From positions 2,560,001 through 2,624,000 of the forward strand of contig OZ253580.1 of the NCBI GenBank assembly GCA_965263035.1: 64,000 bases of DNA. Direction: 5' to 3'. Below are positions 49,335 through 62,171 of the stretch, one piece after another. The translations under genes were made by a program, and so were the position numbers. Position 1 is the first letter of the stretch. Each line of letters starts with the position of its first letter. This DNA is from Acidobacteriota bacterium (lineage in GTDB: Bacteria > Acidobacteriota > UBA6911 > RPQK01 > JAJDTT01). The notes under the pieces are model-generated. The model was given only the letters and a program-made list of their open reading frames with translations, had not been told where the DNA came from and made no database searches.

Positions 49335-49875
49335 ACGAACAGGGGGACTCTGGCCCGTGTTCGCCGTGGCTGGTCTGCTCGTGGGCGCCGGTGTCGCCCA
49401 GTCTTCGAAGTACAAGGTCGGCCGCGCGCCGACGGCGGACGAGGTCAAGGCCTGGAGCATTACGATTTTTCCGGACGGAACGGGACTCCCTGAAGGGAGC
49501 GGAACCGCCGCCGAGGGCAAGGAAATCTATGCCCGCCGTTGCTCGGAATGCCACGGCACCACGGGCCAGGGTGGGGAATCGGCGGCACTGGTGGGCGGCC
49601 AAGGAAGCCTCACCAGCGCCAAGCCCCTGAAGACGGTCGGCAGCTACTGGCCCTACGCCACGACGCTCTGGGACTACGTGAACCGCACCATGCCCTTCCA
49701 CAATCCGGGCATCCTGACCGACGACCAGGTCTATTCGGTCGTGGCGTACGTTCTACATTTGAATCAGATCGTGGTCGAGAACGAAGAGATGAACGGGGAG
49801 ACGCTGCCCAAGGTCCGGATGCCCAACCGCGACGGGTTCGTGAAGGACGATCGCCCCGACGTGGGCCCGAAGTAG
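49327..49875 (+). CDS. c-type cytochrome (SoxD-like, monoheme)
   Basis: PDGTGLPEGSG, CSECHG, TVGSYWPYATT, MPNRDGF. Confidence 0.85.
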   Translation: MSERTGGLWPVFAVAGLLVGAGVAQSSKYKVGRAPTADEVKAWSITIFPDGTGLPEGSGTAAEGKEIYARRCSECHGTTGQGGESAALVGGQGSLTSAKPLKTVGSYWPYATTLWDYVNRTMPFHNPGILTDDQVYSVVAYVLHLNQIVVENEEMNGETLPKVRMPNRDGFVKDDRPDVGPK

Positions 49876-49911
49876 GGGCTCCTCTTGTGGGCTCCCTCTT
49901 TTGTCCCATAA

Positions 49912-50071
49912 CAGCCCGTGGCAAAAGTCGTCACGGCATTCGACCGTCCCTGCATCGTGCGCGGACTGCGTTGCGCCTCGGTCACATAGGGTCGAATATG
50001 CTCCCTCACCGCGCCTGGTCCGGCGGGCGCAGGAACGGTCTCGGTGCTCGCGGGACTTTCACCACGGACTG
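49912..50071. mobile_element. ~160-bp MITE-like repeat, copy 3
   Basis: TIRs CAGCCCGTGGCAAAAGTC / GACTTTCACCACGGACTG. Confidence 0.82.
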
Positions 50072-50075
50072 ATAA

Positions 50076-50172
50076 GGAGGGGCAACTTCCAGTCGCTCGT
50101 TCCGCCGTTCCCCGTGCGCTCATTCCCCATGCTTCGTCCGGAGTTCGGCGGTTGGAAACCGCCGTTCCCTCC
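50076..50172. repeat. inverted REP doublet (REPIN-like)
   Basis: GGAGGGGCAACTTCCAGTCGCTC ... CGGCGGTTGGAAACCGCCGTTCCCTCC. Confidence 0.65.
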
Positions 50173-50178
50173 GAGAGT

Positions 50179-51170
50179 TCAATTTTTCCGCGCAATGACG
50201 GTCGCCCCCAAGTCCGTTTCCTCCTGCTTGCGAATCGAGTAGTAGACGATTCCCGGAAGGGACGACAACATCATCACCACGAAACCGAGCAGGGACAGAG
50301 TCACGGACATCTCGGCCGGAACACCGGCCTGGGAGAAGAGCAGGTAGTAGGCGCTCTCCCGGAGACCGATCCCGTTGATGGTGAGTGGCACCATGATGGT
50401 CAGGTTGATCAAGGGAACGAAGACCATGAAGAGAGAGAAGGGCGCTTCGATGCCGATGCCCTGGGCCGTCACCCAGACCACGGCCACCGCTCCCGCCTGG
50501 ATGGGAAGCGACACCACGGCTACGAAGGCCATCTTGCCCGGATTCTGCTTCAGGGTGTCCAGGCCCTGGTAGACGAGCTCCATTTTCCGGGTCAGGGAAT
50601 GGAATCCGAATCTCTGCATCATGGAGGTCATCCGGGCGTGGGTCCAGGAGTGGAAGAGCATCACGTTGGCAACTGCGTACCCGGCGCACGCGGCGAGGAA
50701 TAGGTGGACGGACGAAAGCCCGGCGATCTTCTGGGGGACGACGAGGGAGGCGGCGAGACCGATGAGCAACAGGCCGCAGAGGCCTCCGCTGCGTTCCAGC
50801 ATGCTGGTGGTGAGGGTCGTGGACATGCCCCGGCCCGTACCCTTGGACAGGTAGTAGGCGCGGAAGACGTCTCCGCCGATGGCCGACGGCAGGAACAGGT
50901 TGAAGAAGGCGCCGATGAAGACGAGCTTGGTGAGCGGATACCAACGCTGGTGGATACTGAAGTTTTCGAGAACGATCCTCCAGCGGAACGCCGAGAGCAG
51001 CAGCGTGAGGATCTGAATCGAAACCGCCAGCAGGAGGAATTCGGGCCGGGCGCCGGCCGCGACGCGGAGCAACTGGGACAGGTCCAGCCGGCTCAGGACC
51101 AGAATCAGAAAGGAGAGACTCAGGATCAGCTTCAGGACGAGCTTGACCCGAGCCCGCGGCAACCCGGAGG

Positions 51171-51174
<4 letters not shown>
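50179..51174 (-). CDS. lysylphosphatidylglycerol synthase TM-domain/flippase-like protein
   Basis: [30 protein letters not shown]; GTG start inferred from overlap with secA stop. Confidence 0.85.
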
Positions 51175-53854
<2,680 letters not shown>

Positions 53855-54031
53855 ACTGCCTCGTAGTTTATCACGCGGACATCAGCGGACGAGATTCCGC
53901 CACCGGCCATTGCACGCCATCTCCCAGGGAGAGGGCGTCCACAAGGGTCGCGCCTACGACGCGAAGAACCGTGTGCCCACCGGCGAAGGAGTTCCACTCT
54001 TGCCGCTTTTCCGGTTTCTCCTCTTTCCTCC

Positions 54032-56686
54032 TCATAGCGATTTCGCTCCGAAGCCCTCCAGGGTCCAACCCACGACCCAGCGGGAATGGTTGTCGTGCCC
54101 CGAGGCCGCGTTGCCGGCATCGATGGGAGCCACCGACTCGAGATTGGACTCCCGGAGAAACTCCTCCAACCGCGAACGATGTCCGTACATGGCCACCAGG
54201 AAACGAATGGGGTCGACCTGCGCCAGAAGTTCGGTCTCATAGGCGTCGATGGCGTCGGCGCCCCCCATGATCAATCCTAACGCCCGCTTCAGCCCAGGCA
54301 CGAGATTGGTCAGACCGGCGCCGCCCCGGGGGACCATGAGGCGGCCGTCCCGCTCGGTGACGTGGGTCCAGGAGTGGGTCCCGCCGGCGCCGATGTAGGC
54401 CGAGGCGCCCATCCCGGCGACGATGGGAATCCCATAGAGCCGTCCCAGATCCAGATAGGGACGGATGTCCTGATCAGCCTGCCCCCCGAGGTCCTGCAGC
54501 GGGTCCAGCTGGAGCTGGTCGATGAGCTTCTCCCGGAACCAGCGCTCCACGTCCAGCCCCTGCGCCAGATTGTGGAACAACCCTGCCGCAGGGATTCGGA
54601 CGGCCACGGGGACGGCCCGTTCGAGGGCGGCGAGTCCGGCTCTCAGGTCGCGTAGAACCTGAGTGAAGAAGTCCGCCCGCCAGCGAACCCAGTCGCGGTA
54701 GGGGCGGCCGGCGGAGACGTCGATTCTTCCGGGGTCCACGCCGGTCGCTTTTCGATAGGCCTCGACCATCTCGGGGTGGTACAGAAGCATGGGAACTTGG
54801 CGGTCACATCCCACCAACAGGCCGTCCGCCCCCCGCTCGGCCACCTCCAACAGAATGTCGACTCGTTCCTTCCTGACCTCGGGGAAGTAGTAGCTCAGAC
54901 CCCTGGAGTCCGATCCGTCCTTGGCGATCCGCCACCACTCCGGATGGCGCTTGTAGAAATCGCTGGAGAAGATTCCGCCGTAGCGGTTGGCGCCGTAGTG
55001 CCGCTGCATCGCCAGCCAGGGCCAGACCTGTGCCCGGCATCCCTCCCGGGTTCGGTTGACCTGTTCCAGGGCGTCGTACTCGTTGATCATGTGGATGCGT
55101 CTGCCGTAGTCGTGGGGGGAATAGTCGCGGCTCTGCTGCGCCTTCTCATAGGAGGCACAGGGGAAACGGGTGGTCTGGGGCAGACGGCTGTGGTACTCGA
55201 CCCAGGATCGGCCGACCGACCAGCCGATGGTTCCGAATCCCAGTTCAGTCTGGCCGCAGACGATGCTGCGGAACTGGTCCGGCAGCAGGCGGGCCCAGAT
55301 GACGTCGAAGTAGCAGGCCCAGTCGTTCACCGCCAGCAAAGGTGTTGGTGGCGAAGACATCCGGATTCTGAGATTCCGGACCGATTCGGGCGTGACCGGA
55401 ACCAGCCGCAGAAGAGTGGCCATGCCTCGCTGCTCGCCGGCCTTCTTCCAGTCCAGCCACCTCCTGGGGTCGCCGCCGGAGTAGAAACGAATGACTTCTC
55501 CGGTCAGGTCGGCGGCGGTGACGAAAGTCTCGTCTCCCAATTGGGTGGGAGGAGCGTCTCGGATCAACCCCTCGTTGCCCACCTGAACGTGCAGACCTGA
55601 GCCTCCGGTCCCCAGGAAGACGGCATAGGTCCCCCGGGCGGGCGGACGATAGGTGACGGCAGGAGCGGTATAATCTCCTCTGCCGACCAGTGCGACGCCA
55701 TCCTTCGAAAGCCGCTTCCACTCCCAGGACTCGACGTCGATGGGATCGTCTCCCCAACGGCCATGGGCCCTCTGGAAGTTGCGGATCCGGATCTCGGGAC
55801 GCCCCGGGTCGATCCGCAGGCGCCACGAGGCCAACGGGGTCAGCGGGAGACTGTCCGGCCGCTCGGTTCTCCGCCGGTAGTCCAAGACGGGACCGTCCGG
55901 CCAGAGCTGTTCGGCCACCTTGGGCAGGAACTGCACCCGGTAGGCCCCGTCGGGCCGACCCTCGACCGGGACGGAAAATCTCAGCAATCCTTTCGGGCGG
56001 CTGAGCGTGACGTTTCGGGTCCAGAGGGAATCCCCCGAGGCGGCCAGCAACCTCAATTCGCCTTCCATGCGATCGGGACCGACTCCCGGACGGACCTCCG
56101 CCAAAAGCGTCAGACGATCCTGGTCGAGGAGAACCTCCGGGTCCATCCGGAGCGAGATCAGATCGGCGGATCCAAACTTGGGATCGAATACGACTCGATC
56201 GGGTCCGCTTTCCAGGAATCGCAGGGCCTTGACCGGAAGCACGCCTTCCCCCATCCCCAGCCGTTCGGTGGTGACGTCCTGGCTGAGTTGTTGGCGGAAG
56301 GTCCAGGTCTTTTCCGTGTCCGGACCCTTCACCTCGAGCTTGAGCTGGTAGCCGAGAAAGTAGACTGCGCCCGCTTCGTATTCGTAGCGGCCGGGAGCGG
56401 TCAGAGGGCCAATATCGAAGCTGATTCGATCTCGGAACGACCGGGTTTCGGTGATGGTCCTGCCGGCCGGCAGACGCCGGGTCACCCGCGCCTGGAACTC
56501 CCGGTCTCCGGGTTCGAGCACGGTGAAGCCCAGACGATGGTTGGCGCCCGGAACCAGCCGCAGCTCGCGGCCGGACGAATCGAGGTCGACTCCATCGAAA
56601 GCAAGCTTCACCCCATCGGAGGCCCTGGCGAATGTCGGCAAGGTGAGCAGAAAGTAGAGGACCAGAGAATGGTTCCAGGTCATCAT
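54032..56686 (-). CDS. large secreted protein with C-terminal GHL10-like TIM-barrel region
   Basis: Signal peptide; FYKRHPEW, LSYYFPEVR, GADGL, GLDVERW resemble the 11166 protein. Confidence 0.6.
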   Translation of the reverse strand: MMTWNHSLVLYFLLTLPTFARASDGVKLAFDGVDLDSSGRELRLVPGANHRLGFTVLEPGDREFQARVTRRLPAGRTITETRSFRDRISFDIGPLTAPGRYEYEAGAVYFLGYQLKLEVKGPDTEKTWTFRQQLSQDVTTERLGMGEGVLPVKALRFLESGPDRVVFDPKFGSADLISLRMDPEVLLDQDRLTLLAEVRPGVGPDRMEGELRLLAASGDSLWTRNVTLSRPKGLLRFSVPVEGRPDGAYRVQFLPKVAEQLWPDGPVLDYRRRTERPDSLPLTPLASWRLRIDPGRPEIRIRNFQRAHGRWGDDPIDVESWEWKRLSKDGVALVGRGDYTAPAVTYRPPARGTYAVFLGTGGSGLHVQVGNEGLIRDAPPTQLGDETFVTAADLTGEVIRFYSGGDPRRWLDWKKAGEQRGMATLLRLVPVTPESVRNLRIRMSSPPTPLLAVNDWACYFDVIWARLLPDQFRSIVCGQTELGFGTIGWSVGRSWVEYHSRLPQTTRFPCASYEKAQQSRDYSPHDYGRRIHMINEYDALEQVNRTREGCRAQVWPWLAMQRHYGANRYGGIFSSDFYKRHPEWWRIAKDGSDSRGLSYYFPEVRKERVDILLEVAERGADGLLVGCDRQVPMLLYHPEMVEAYRKATGVDPGRIDVSAGRPYRDWVRWRADFFTQVLRDLRAGLAALERAVPVAVRIPAAGLFHNLAQGLDVERWFREKLIDQLQLDPLQDLGGQADQDIRPYLDLGRLYGIPIVAGMGASAYIGAGGTHSWTHVTERDGRLMVPRGGAGLTNLVPGLKRALGLIMGGADAIDAYETELLAQVDPIRFLVAMYGHRSRLEEFLRESNLESVAPIDAGNAASGHDNHSRWVVGWTLEGFGAKSL

Positions 56687-56875
56687 CGGTCAGACTCCCA
56701 GGCAGAATGGAAGGTCGGCCACGGTTCCGGAGGTTTCGATCCTGACAGCCGCCGAGGACTTTTTCCACAGGCCGTCCACACCCTTTCCTCGGTTTTTTTC
56801 GGGACGACCATGGATATGATGAGCGCCGCGAGGAAGGCGACTCGACGGTATTTGACCGAAACGTAACGGGGCCCG

Positions 56876-57922
56876 GTGGTGAGATATTCCAACGGCTTCA
56901 AACTGACCGGGACCTGTCTCTCGGGACTCGGCCTGATCCTGTTGGCCTCGAATTTCTGCGGACCAATTTCTCAAACGGTTCCCCCCGACGAGTTCGGCCG
57001 CGTCTATCCGGTGACGCTGCGCCTGAAGGACGGCTCGCCACTTCTCAAGATCGAATTCAGTTCCCGCGGTATCCAGAAGCTGACGACCGGCGAGGAGCCG
57101 GAACTGGACTGGATCTACCAGGGCGCCTATAGCGCCTGGGACTACACGGAGTGGCACTGGTGGAAGGGTCATCCCTTCGACTTTCAGGCTCGCAGACATG
57201 AAAATCCTGCCTACTGGGACTCTTTTCGTCCCCGTTTCCAGGGAAACCCGCGAGTGGATGCAGGGAAGATCGGCGAGGGCTACCTGGAGATCGATTTCGG
57301 AACCGACGGCTTCGAGTTCCAGCAAGCCTATCTCCTTCCCGATGCGGCCACTCCCGGCCGGGGCTATTGGGACATGTTCTTTACCGCCGTCAACGCTACC
57401 GGAAGACAGATCGAGGAGTACGGGCATTTCTTTGCCTGTTACACCTCGATCAACGGCTCGCGCTCCTTCTGGTACTGGGCCGCCGGAGGAGAGTTGGCGC
57501 TCTGGTCGGAGCGAGGGGTCGGCCACCTGGACGGTTATGTGAGCAGTCCGGCAGCCTACTTCGCCGGGGACGGCAGAATTCCCCATTGCCCCCGCGGAAA
57601 CGGCCGCCTGATGGGCACTTGGCGCCATCCGGTGCTCGTTTCCCACGCCTCACCCGCCGGCTGGCGCTCGGTGATCCTGCTGGACCCGGAGACGACGGCC
57701 GCCGTCACCAGCGGCATGGAGGGAACCGCCATGGATTTCATCTTCTACCCCGGCCACAAGAAGCGTGTCTTTCCGTCCGGTGGCCGTTTCCGTTCCCATC
57801 TGCGGCACCTCATGATCAAGAGTCCCGGGCTCCCAACCCGGGAGCAGTTGGAAGACTGGTGGATGGAGTTTCGGCAGGCAGGGTCCGAACTCGAAAGACG
57901 GCTGGGCGAATTTCGGAATTGA
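56876..57922 (+). CDS. hypothetical secreted protein
   Basis: 348-aa aromatic-rich ORF with hydrophobic N-terminus. Confidence 0.65.
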   Translation: MVRYSNGFKLTGTCLSGLGLILLASNFCGPISQTVPPDEFGRVYPVTLRLKDGSPLLKIEFSSRGIQKLTTGEEPELDWIYQGAYSAWDYTEWHWWKGHPFDFQARRHENPAYWDSFRPRFQGNPRVDAGKIGEGYLEIDFGTDGFEFQQAYLLPDAATPGRGYWDMFFTAVNATGRQIEEYGHFFACYTSINGSRSFWYWAAGGELALWSERGVGHLDGYVSSPAAYFAGDGRIPHCPRGNGRLMGTWRHPVLVSHASPAGWRSVILLDPETTAAVTSGMEGTAMDFIFYPGHKKRVFPSGGRFRSHLRHLMIKSPGLPTREQLEDWWMEFRQAGSELERRLGEFRN

Positions 57923-57948
57923 TCGGACCTTCAACGCCTCCCAGCGTC

Positions 57949-59439
57949 TCAGTTTCCGGCGACGTCGTGCAGAAGCCGGAGCAACGTTCTGCGGACCTTG
58001 GCTTCGGCCTCCACCGCCAGGTAGCTGGACCTCGCCCGCCAGGTCTCGTAGCCACCCAATTCGTGTTGCCGGGAGGTGGGCAGGTAACCGTTGTAGCCGT
58101 TGGCCAACTCGATCACGAAGGTCGGCCGCAGCGGGCTCTCCTGCTTGATGGCCAGGCCCGTTTCGACGAAGGTCTCGCAGGGACTGCTGACGATTCCCAG
58201 AGCGCCGATGCGGATCGCCTGCAGCCGGACCTGAACCTGAGCCGGATACTCGGCCAGCAGCACCGTCTCACGGGCGTAGATGGCTCTTCGTTCCCTGTAG
58301 GGTCCGGGTCCGGCGGCCTGCAGGATCTTCCGCGCCCGCTCCAGGTCGTCCCGGCTCGGCAGTCGAACTCCCAGCTCGATCTCCGATTGGCTGGAATCCA
58401 GAGGCACCCAGTCGTGATACTCGATCCGCCGGTAGGCCTGGACCGCCGAATCGGCCACGTCGGAGGCCACCCGCCGGATCTGCTCGAAGGGCTTGCGGCG
58501 GACGCCCGGCTCGAAGAAGTTGACGTTGTTGATGTCGGCGCTGGTTCCGTTGGACATGACGCCCACGAACGGCGGCTCGACCTCCCCGGCTCCCAACCGT
58601 TGCGTGATCTGCTTGGCGAATTCGCCGAAATAGTCCGCCGAGAGACCGCCGGGCCCGACGCCGCCCACGTAGTGCAGCGAGTAGTTGGCCAGCAGGGCCA
58701 GGGGCCGCCCGTCCCGGGCCTGAACGGAAAGGACCGGAACCTCAGGGTCGATGGGGCCGGCCGGCGCCAGCAACTTGTTGCTGCCCTGAGGCGGATTCAT
58801 CCTCACCCGATCGGTCCCGGCGTCGAACGGATCCGTGTACTGGAAACCGGGACGCATGAACCAGCGCCGATTGAAGACTTGGCGGGCGTTGTTGCCGACG
58901 GCCCAGCCGACTCTGGCCGGTTCGAGCCGCGAGTCGGCCTCGATGACGGCCTGAGCCATCCGTTCCTTCAGAAACTCCCGGTAGGCGTCTTCAGGCTCGC
59001 TCTGGAAGACTCCTCCGACGGTAACGGCAGTATGAGTGTGGGTGGCCGACATCAGCATGTTCTCGGCTGGAATCCCGGTCGAGCGCGACGCCTTCTTGCG
59101 GGCGCTGTCGATGATGTCCCTCGGAATCATGCAGCTGTCGACGACCACGATGGCGATCCGGACCGATCCGTTGTCCAGCACCAGTCCGCGCGCGTTGAGA
59201 GGATCGTGCGCCCTCCCTACTGAGCGGTCGCTCATGCCTCCGTTGGAGGAGACGGGAAAGTTCCGGGGAATGATATCCACCACCGAGGCGCCGGCACGCA
59301 GTACCTTTCGCCCGCCCTGGGCAGCGGATCGTGGAGCCGTTCCAGCCGGGACCAACGCCAGCAGAACGAACATCAGGAGCCAACGTTTCGACATCGAAGT
59401 CAATGGCATCGCGGGTCGATCCTGGAAGAGGGATTTCAA
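57949..59439 (-). CDS. neutral/alkaline ceramidase-like hydrolase
   Basis: HDPLNAR, SATHTHT, NYSLHY, SADY, ELANGYNGYLP, GGYE. Confidence 0.8.
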   Translation of the reverse strand: MKSLFQDRPAMPLTSMSKRWLLMFVLLALVPAGTAPRSAAQGGRKVLRAGASVVDIIPRNFPVSSNGGMSDRSVGRAHDPLNARGLVLDNGSVRIAIVVVDSCMIPRDIIDSARKKASRSTGIPAENMLMSATHTHTAVTVGGVFQSEPEDAYREFLKERMAQAVIEADSRLEPARVGWAVGNNARQVFNRRWFMRPGFQYTDPFDAGTDRVRMNPPQGSNKLLAPAGPIDPEVPVLSVQARDGRPLALLANYSLHYVGGVGPGGLSADYFGEFAKQITQRLGAGEVEPPFVGVMSNGTSADINNVNFFEPGVRRKPFEQIRRVASDVADSAVQAYRRIEYHDWVPLDSSQSEIELGVRLPSRDDLERARKILQAAGPGPYRERRAIYARETVLLAEYPAQVQVRLQAIRIGALGIVSSPCETFVETGLAIKQESPLRPTFVIELANGYNGYLPTSRQHELGGYETWRARSSYLAVEAEAKVRRTLLRLLHDVAGN

Positions 59440-60929
59440 TGAGACTGTATCATTTGCGGCCGAGGTTCCTCTACAACTCCGGGACGGCGTTGGTTCGAAC
59501 CCGGCCGTCCCCGGTCGCCGAGGTCGACCCGCGCCTGCTCCGCCAGCACCATCAGACGTTCGACGATTTCGGGATGTTCGGGGGCGACGTTGCGTGACGA
59601 ACCAACATCACCGACGAGATTGAAGAGGAGGGGTTCCACCGGCCGTTCGTCCCCAAAGTGAGGATGACGGCGGAACGAGTGCAGCGGCACGAAGAGTTTC
59701 CAGGGACCCTGCCGCACCGCATGGAGTTGATCCCGGTCGTAGTAGTAGAAGGCCTCATAGGGCGAAACGGCGGACGGCTCCGCGAACAAGAGGGGACGAA
59801 TATCGTGCCCGTCCAGGATTCGGTCCCGCGGAGGCTCGCCGCCGGCCAGGCGAGTCAAAGTGGGCAGCAGATCCATGGTCGTGGCCAGCTCCCGGCAAAC
59901 GGTTCCGGGGGCGATCCGGTCCGGCCACCAGGCGATGGCAGGCACGCGAAAGGCGCCTTCCCCCGTGGTGTAGCCCCGGCCGAAAAGAGGAGCGTTGCTT
60001 CCGCGCTCCGGACCATCCCCGTCACTGGACAGGGGAGCGCCGTTGTCCGAAGTCCAGATGACCAGAGTGTGTCGATCCAGCTCGAGCTCGACCAGTTTGT
60101 CCAGAATCCGGCCGGTGGACCAGTCCAATTCCTCGACGGAGTCTCCCCAGGGACCGTTTCGGCTCGTGCCCTTGAAGCGCTCGCTGGCGAACGGATTCCG
60201 GGTGCTTCCCGGCATCGCGTGAGGCAGATAGAGAAAAAATGGCCGGGCCCGGTTCTGCTCCATGAACTCCAGAGCCCTCTGCGTGTAGCGCCGGGTCAAC
60301 AGGTTCCGGTCGACCGGGGCCTCGATGACCGTTTCGTTCTCCAACAACGGCAGCGGGGGCCAACGAACTCCGTCCATCCGGTCTCCGATCCGCCGGCCGG
60401 CAGCCTGCGCCATGTCGTCGCTGTAGGGAATGCCGAAAAAGGAATCGAACCCCTGCCGGGTGGGAAGAAACTCCGGCTGGTCTCCCAGATGCCATTTGCC
60501 GATGATGGCGGTGGCGTAGCCGAGAGGCTTCAACGACTCCGCGATGGTGATCTCATCCGGATGCAGCCCATAGGGCGAGATCGGCCGCAAGACCTGGCCG
60601 TCGCGAGGGTTCGTGTGCATACCGACCCTCTGCGCGTAGGCGCCGGTCAGGAGACTGGCGCGTGACGGGGTGCAGACCCCGGCACTGGCGTAGAAGTGTG
60701 TGAGTTTGAGGCCTTCCCGGGCCATGCGATTCAAATGGGGGGTTCGGTGGAGCCGGGAACCGAAGGGCTCGACGTCCCCGTAGCCCAGATTGTCGCAGAG
60801 GATGACGATGAAATTCGGCTGCCGAGTGTCCTCGGCGGAGCAACCCGCCAGGAGCTGAACGGCGAGGGTCAGGGCAGCAAAAAAAATGCGGCGGGATCCT
60901 CTTGACGCAGGCTGGTTCGCGGAAGCCAC
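59436..60929 (-). CDS. sulfatase (formylglycine-dependent, arylsulfatase-like)
   Basis: PNFIVILCDNLGYGD, CTPSRASLLTG, GKWHLG, TSDNG; start estimated. Confidence 0.9.
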   Translation of the reverse strand: MASANQPASRGSRRIFFAALTLAVQLLAGCSAEDTRQPNFIVILCDNLGYGDVEPFGSRLHRTPHLNRMAREGLKLTHFYASAGVCTPSRASLLTGAYAQRVGMHTNPRDGQVLRPISPYGLHPDEITIAESLKPLGYATAIIGKWHLGDQPEFLPTRQGFDSFFGIPYSDDMAQAAGRRIGDRMDGVRWPPLPLLENETVIEAPVDRNLLTRRYTQRALEFMEQNRARPFFLYLPHAMPGSTRNPFASERFKGTSRNGPWGDSVEELDWSTGRILDKLVELELDRHTLVIWTSDNGAPLSSDGDGPERGSNAPLFGRGYTTGEGAFRVPAIAWWPDRIAPGTVCRELATTMDLLPTLTRLAGGEPPRDRILDGHDIRPLLFAEPSAVSPYEAFYYYDRDQLHAVRQGPWKLFVPLHSFRRHPHFGDERPVEPLLFNLVGDVGSSRNVAPEHPEIVERLMVLAEQARVDLGDRGRPGSNQRRPGVVEEPRPQMIQSH

Positions 60930-61027
60930 GAAATACAAATACCAGATTGCCGAGAGCAGCGCGCCGCCTGTCCTGCTTGGAGCGGCCGCTCTCGACAGGT
61001 AGTCTTGACAGCGCGCTGGGGGGTTGA

Positions 61028-62143
61028 ATGAAGAGAGCGATTTCCGGAAGCGGATCCGGCAGAAGAAGTGACCGGGGCCGTTTGGGTGCAGTCCTGCTGG
61101 CGGTGGGGTGGCTGGCCGGTTGTGCCCGGACTCCGGAGCCGACGTCAACGGACAGCGGCTTCAGCGTCACGCACACCGAGGAAGAGATCGTCATCTCGGG
61201 GCCGGTCCTGGAGGCCAGGATCCGGAAGCAGGGCTACGTCAGCGGCGTCGCCGGAGGATCGTTCCTGGACCGCAAGACTGGATTTCGCGATGCAGGCCAC
61301 GGACTCCACATCGCCGACTTCCTGCTGGAGCCGGGCAGCGCCGAATCCCATGGAGATCAGCTCCCCCGGGAGTTGCACTACCTGGATGATCCGCTCATCC
61401 ACGGAATGCGCCCCAAGCGGATCGTCGAAGGCCCCCAGATCTGTACCCGGGCGCGCCGCCTCTCGCCCCGGCTCGTGGAGGGCCCGGACTTCGTGGCGCT
61501 GACCATGGACTTCAACTACACGCTGGCGGCGCCCGGGAAGAAGCCGGGATCGAAGTGGACACAGACCATCGTGTTCCCGGCGGGCGAGCGCTACTTCGTG
61601 TCCAGCGACCGGATCGATTCGGTCAACGACAGCGATTCCCTGTTTCTCCGCATCGACATGCCGGGCCACATCAAGCACCGGAAGGGAGATCTCTTCAGCG
61701 AGGTCTACCTCAGCTACTTCGGCAAGATCCCGGCAGAGGCGTTCCTCGCCGATTTCGGCCCCGACGGACGCTTCAACTACCGAGCGGACCGGAATGAACT
61801 CCCTTCGAGGTTCATCCGGGCCTACCGGCTGCGGAACCCGGAGACGGGGCGGAAGGGGCCGTGGCTCGCCGGCATGACCCTTGATCCGGACACCGTGCAC
61901 GAGGCCTGGTGCCACCAGCGGGGCTACGTCTGCATGATCCAGGAGCTGGGCGGAAAGCCGATCCGGTCCGGAGAGTCCTTCGGCGCCGCCTACGTCGTCG
62001 GTTACTTCGACTCCGTCGAGGAGATGAACCGGATCTACGACCGCTACGCCGGTCACCGCGGTCTCCGGGTGGACCGGAATCGGTGGCGGCTGACAAAACG
62101 GGTTCCGGGAAGGGAAAGAGGAGGAGTGAGGAACGGGAAATGA
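61028..62143 (+). CDS. hypothetical lipoprotein
   Basis: LAGC lipobox; GYVSGV, EAWCHQRGYVCMI; strong codon bias. Confidence 0.72.
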   Translation: MKRAISGSGSGRRSDRGRLGAVLLAVGWLAGCARTPEPTSTDSGFSVTHTEEEIVISGPVLEARIRKQGYVSGVAGGSFLDRKTGFRDAGHGLHIADFLLEPGSAESHGDQLPRELHYLDDPLIHGMRPKRIVEGPQICTRARRLSPRLVEGPDFVALTMDFNYTLAAPGKKPGSKWTQTIVFPAGERYFVSSDRIDSVNDSDSLFLRIDMPGHIKHRKGDLFSEVYLSYFGKIPAEAFLADFGPDGRFNYRADRNELPSRFIRAYRLRNPETGRKGPWLAGMTLDPDTVHEAWCHQRGYVCMIQELGGKPIRSGESFGAAYVVGYFDSVEEMNRIYDRYAGHRGLRVDRNRWRLTKRVPGRERGGVRNGK

Positions 62144-62171
62144 GACGGGAGCCGGGGAAGGGGGTTGGAGG

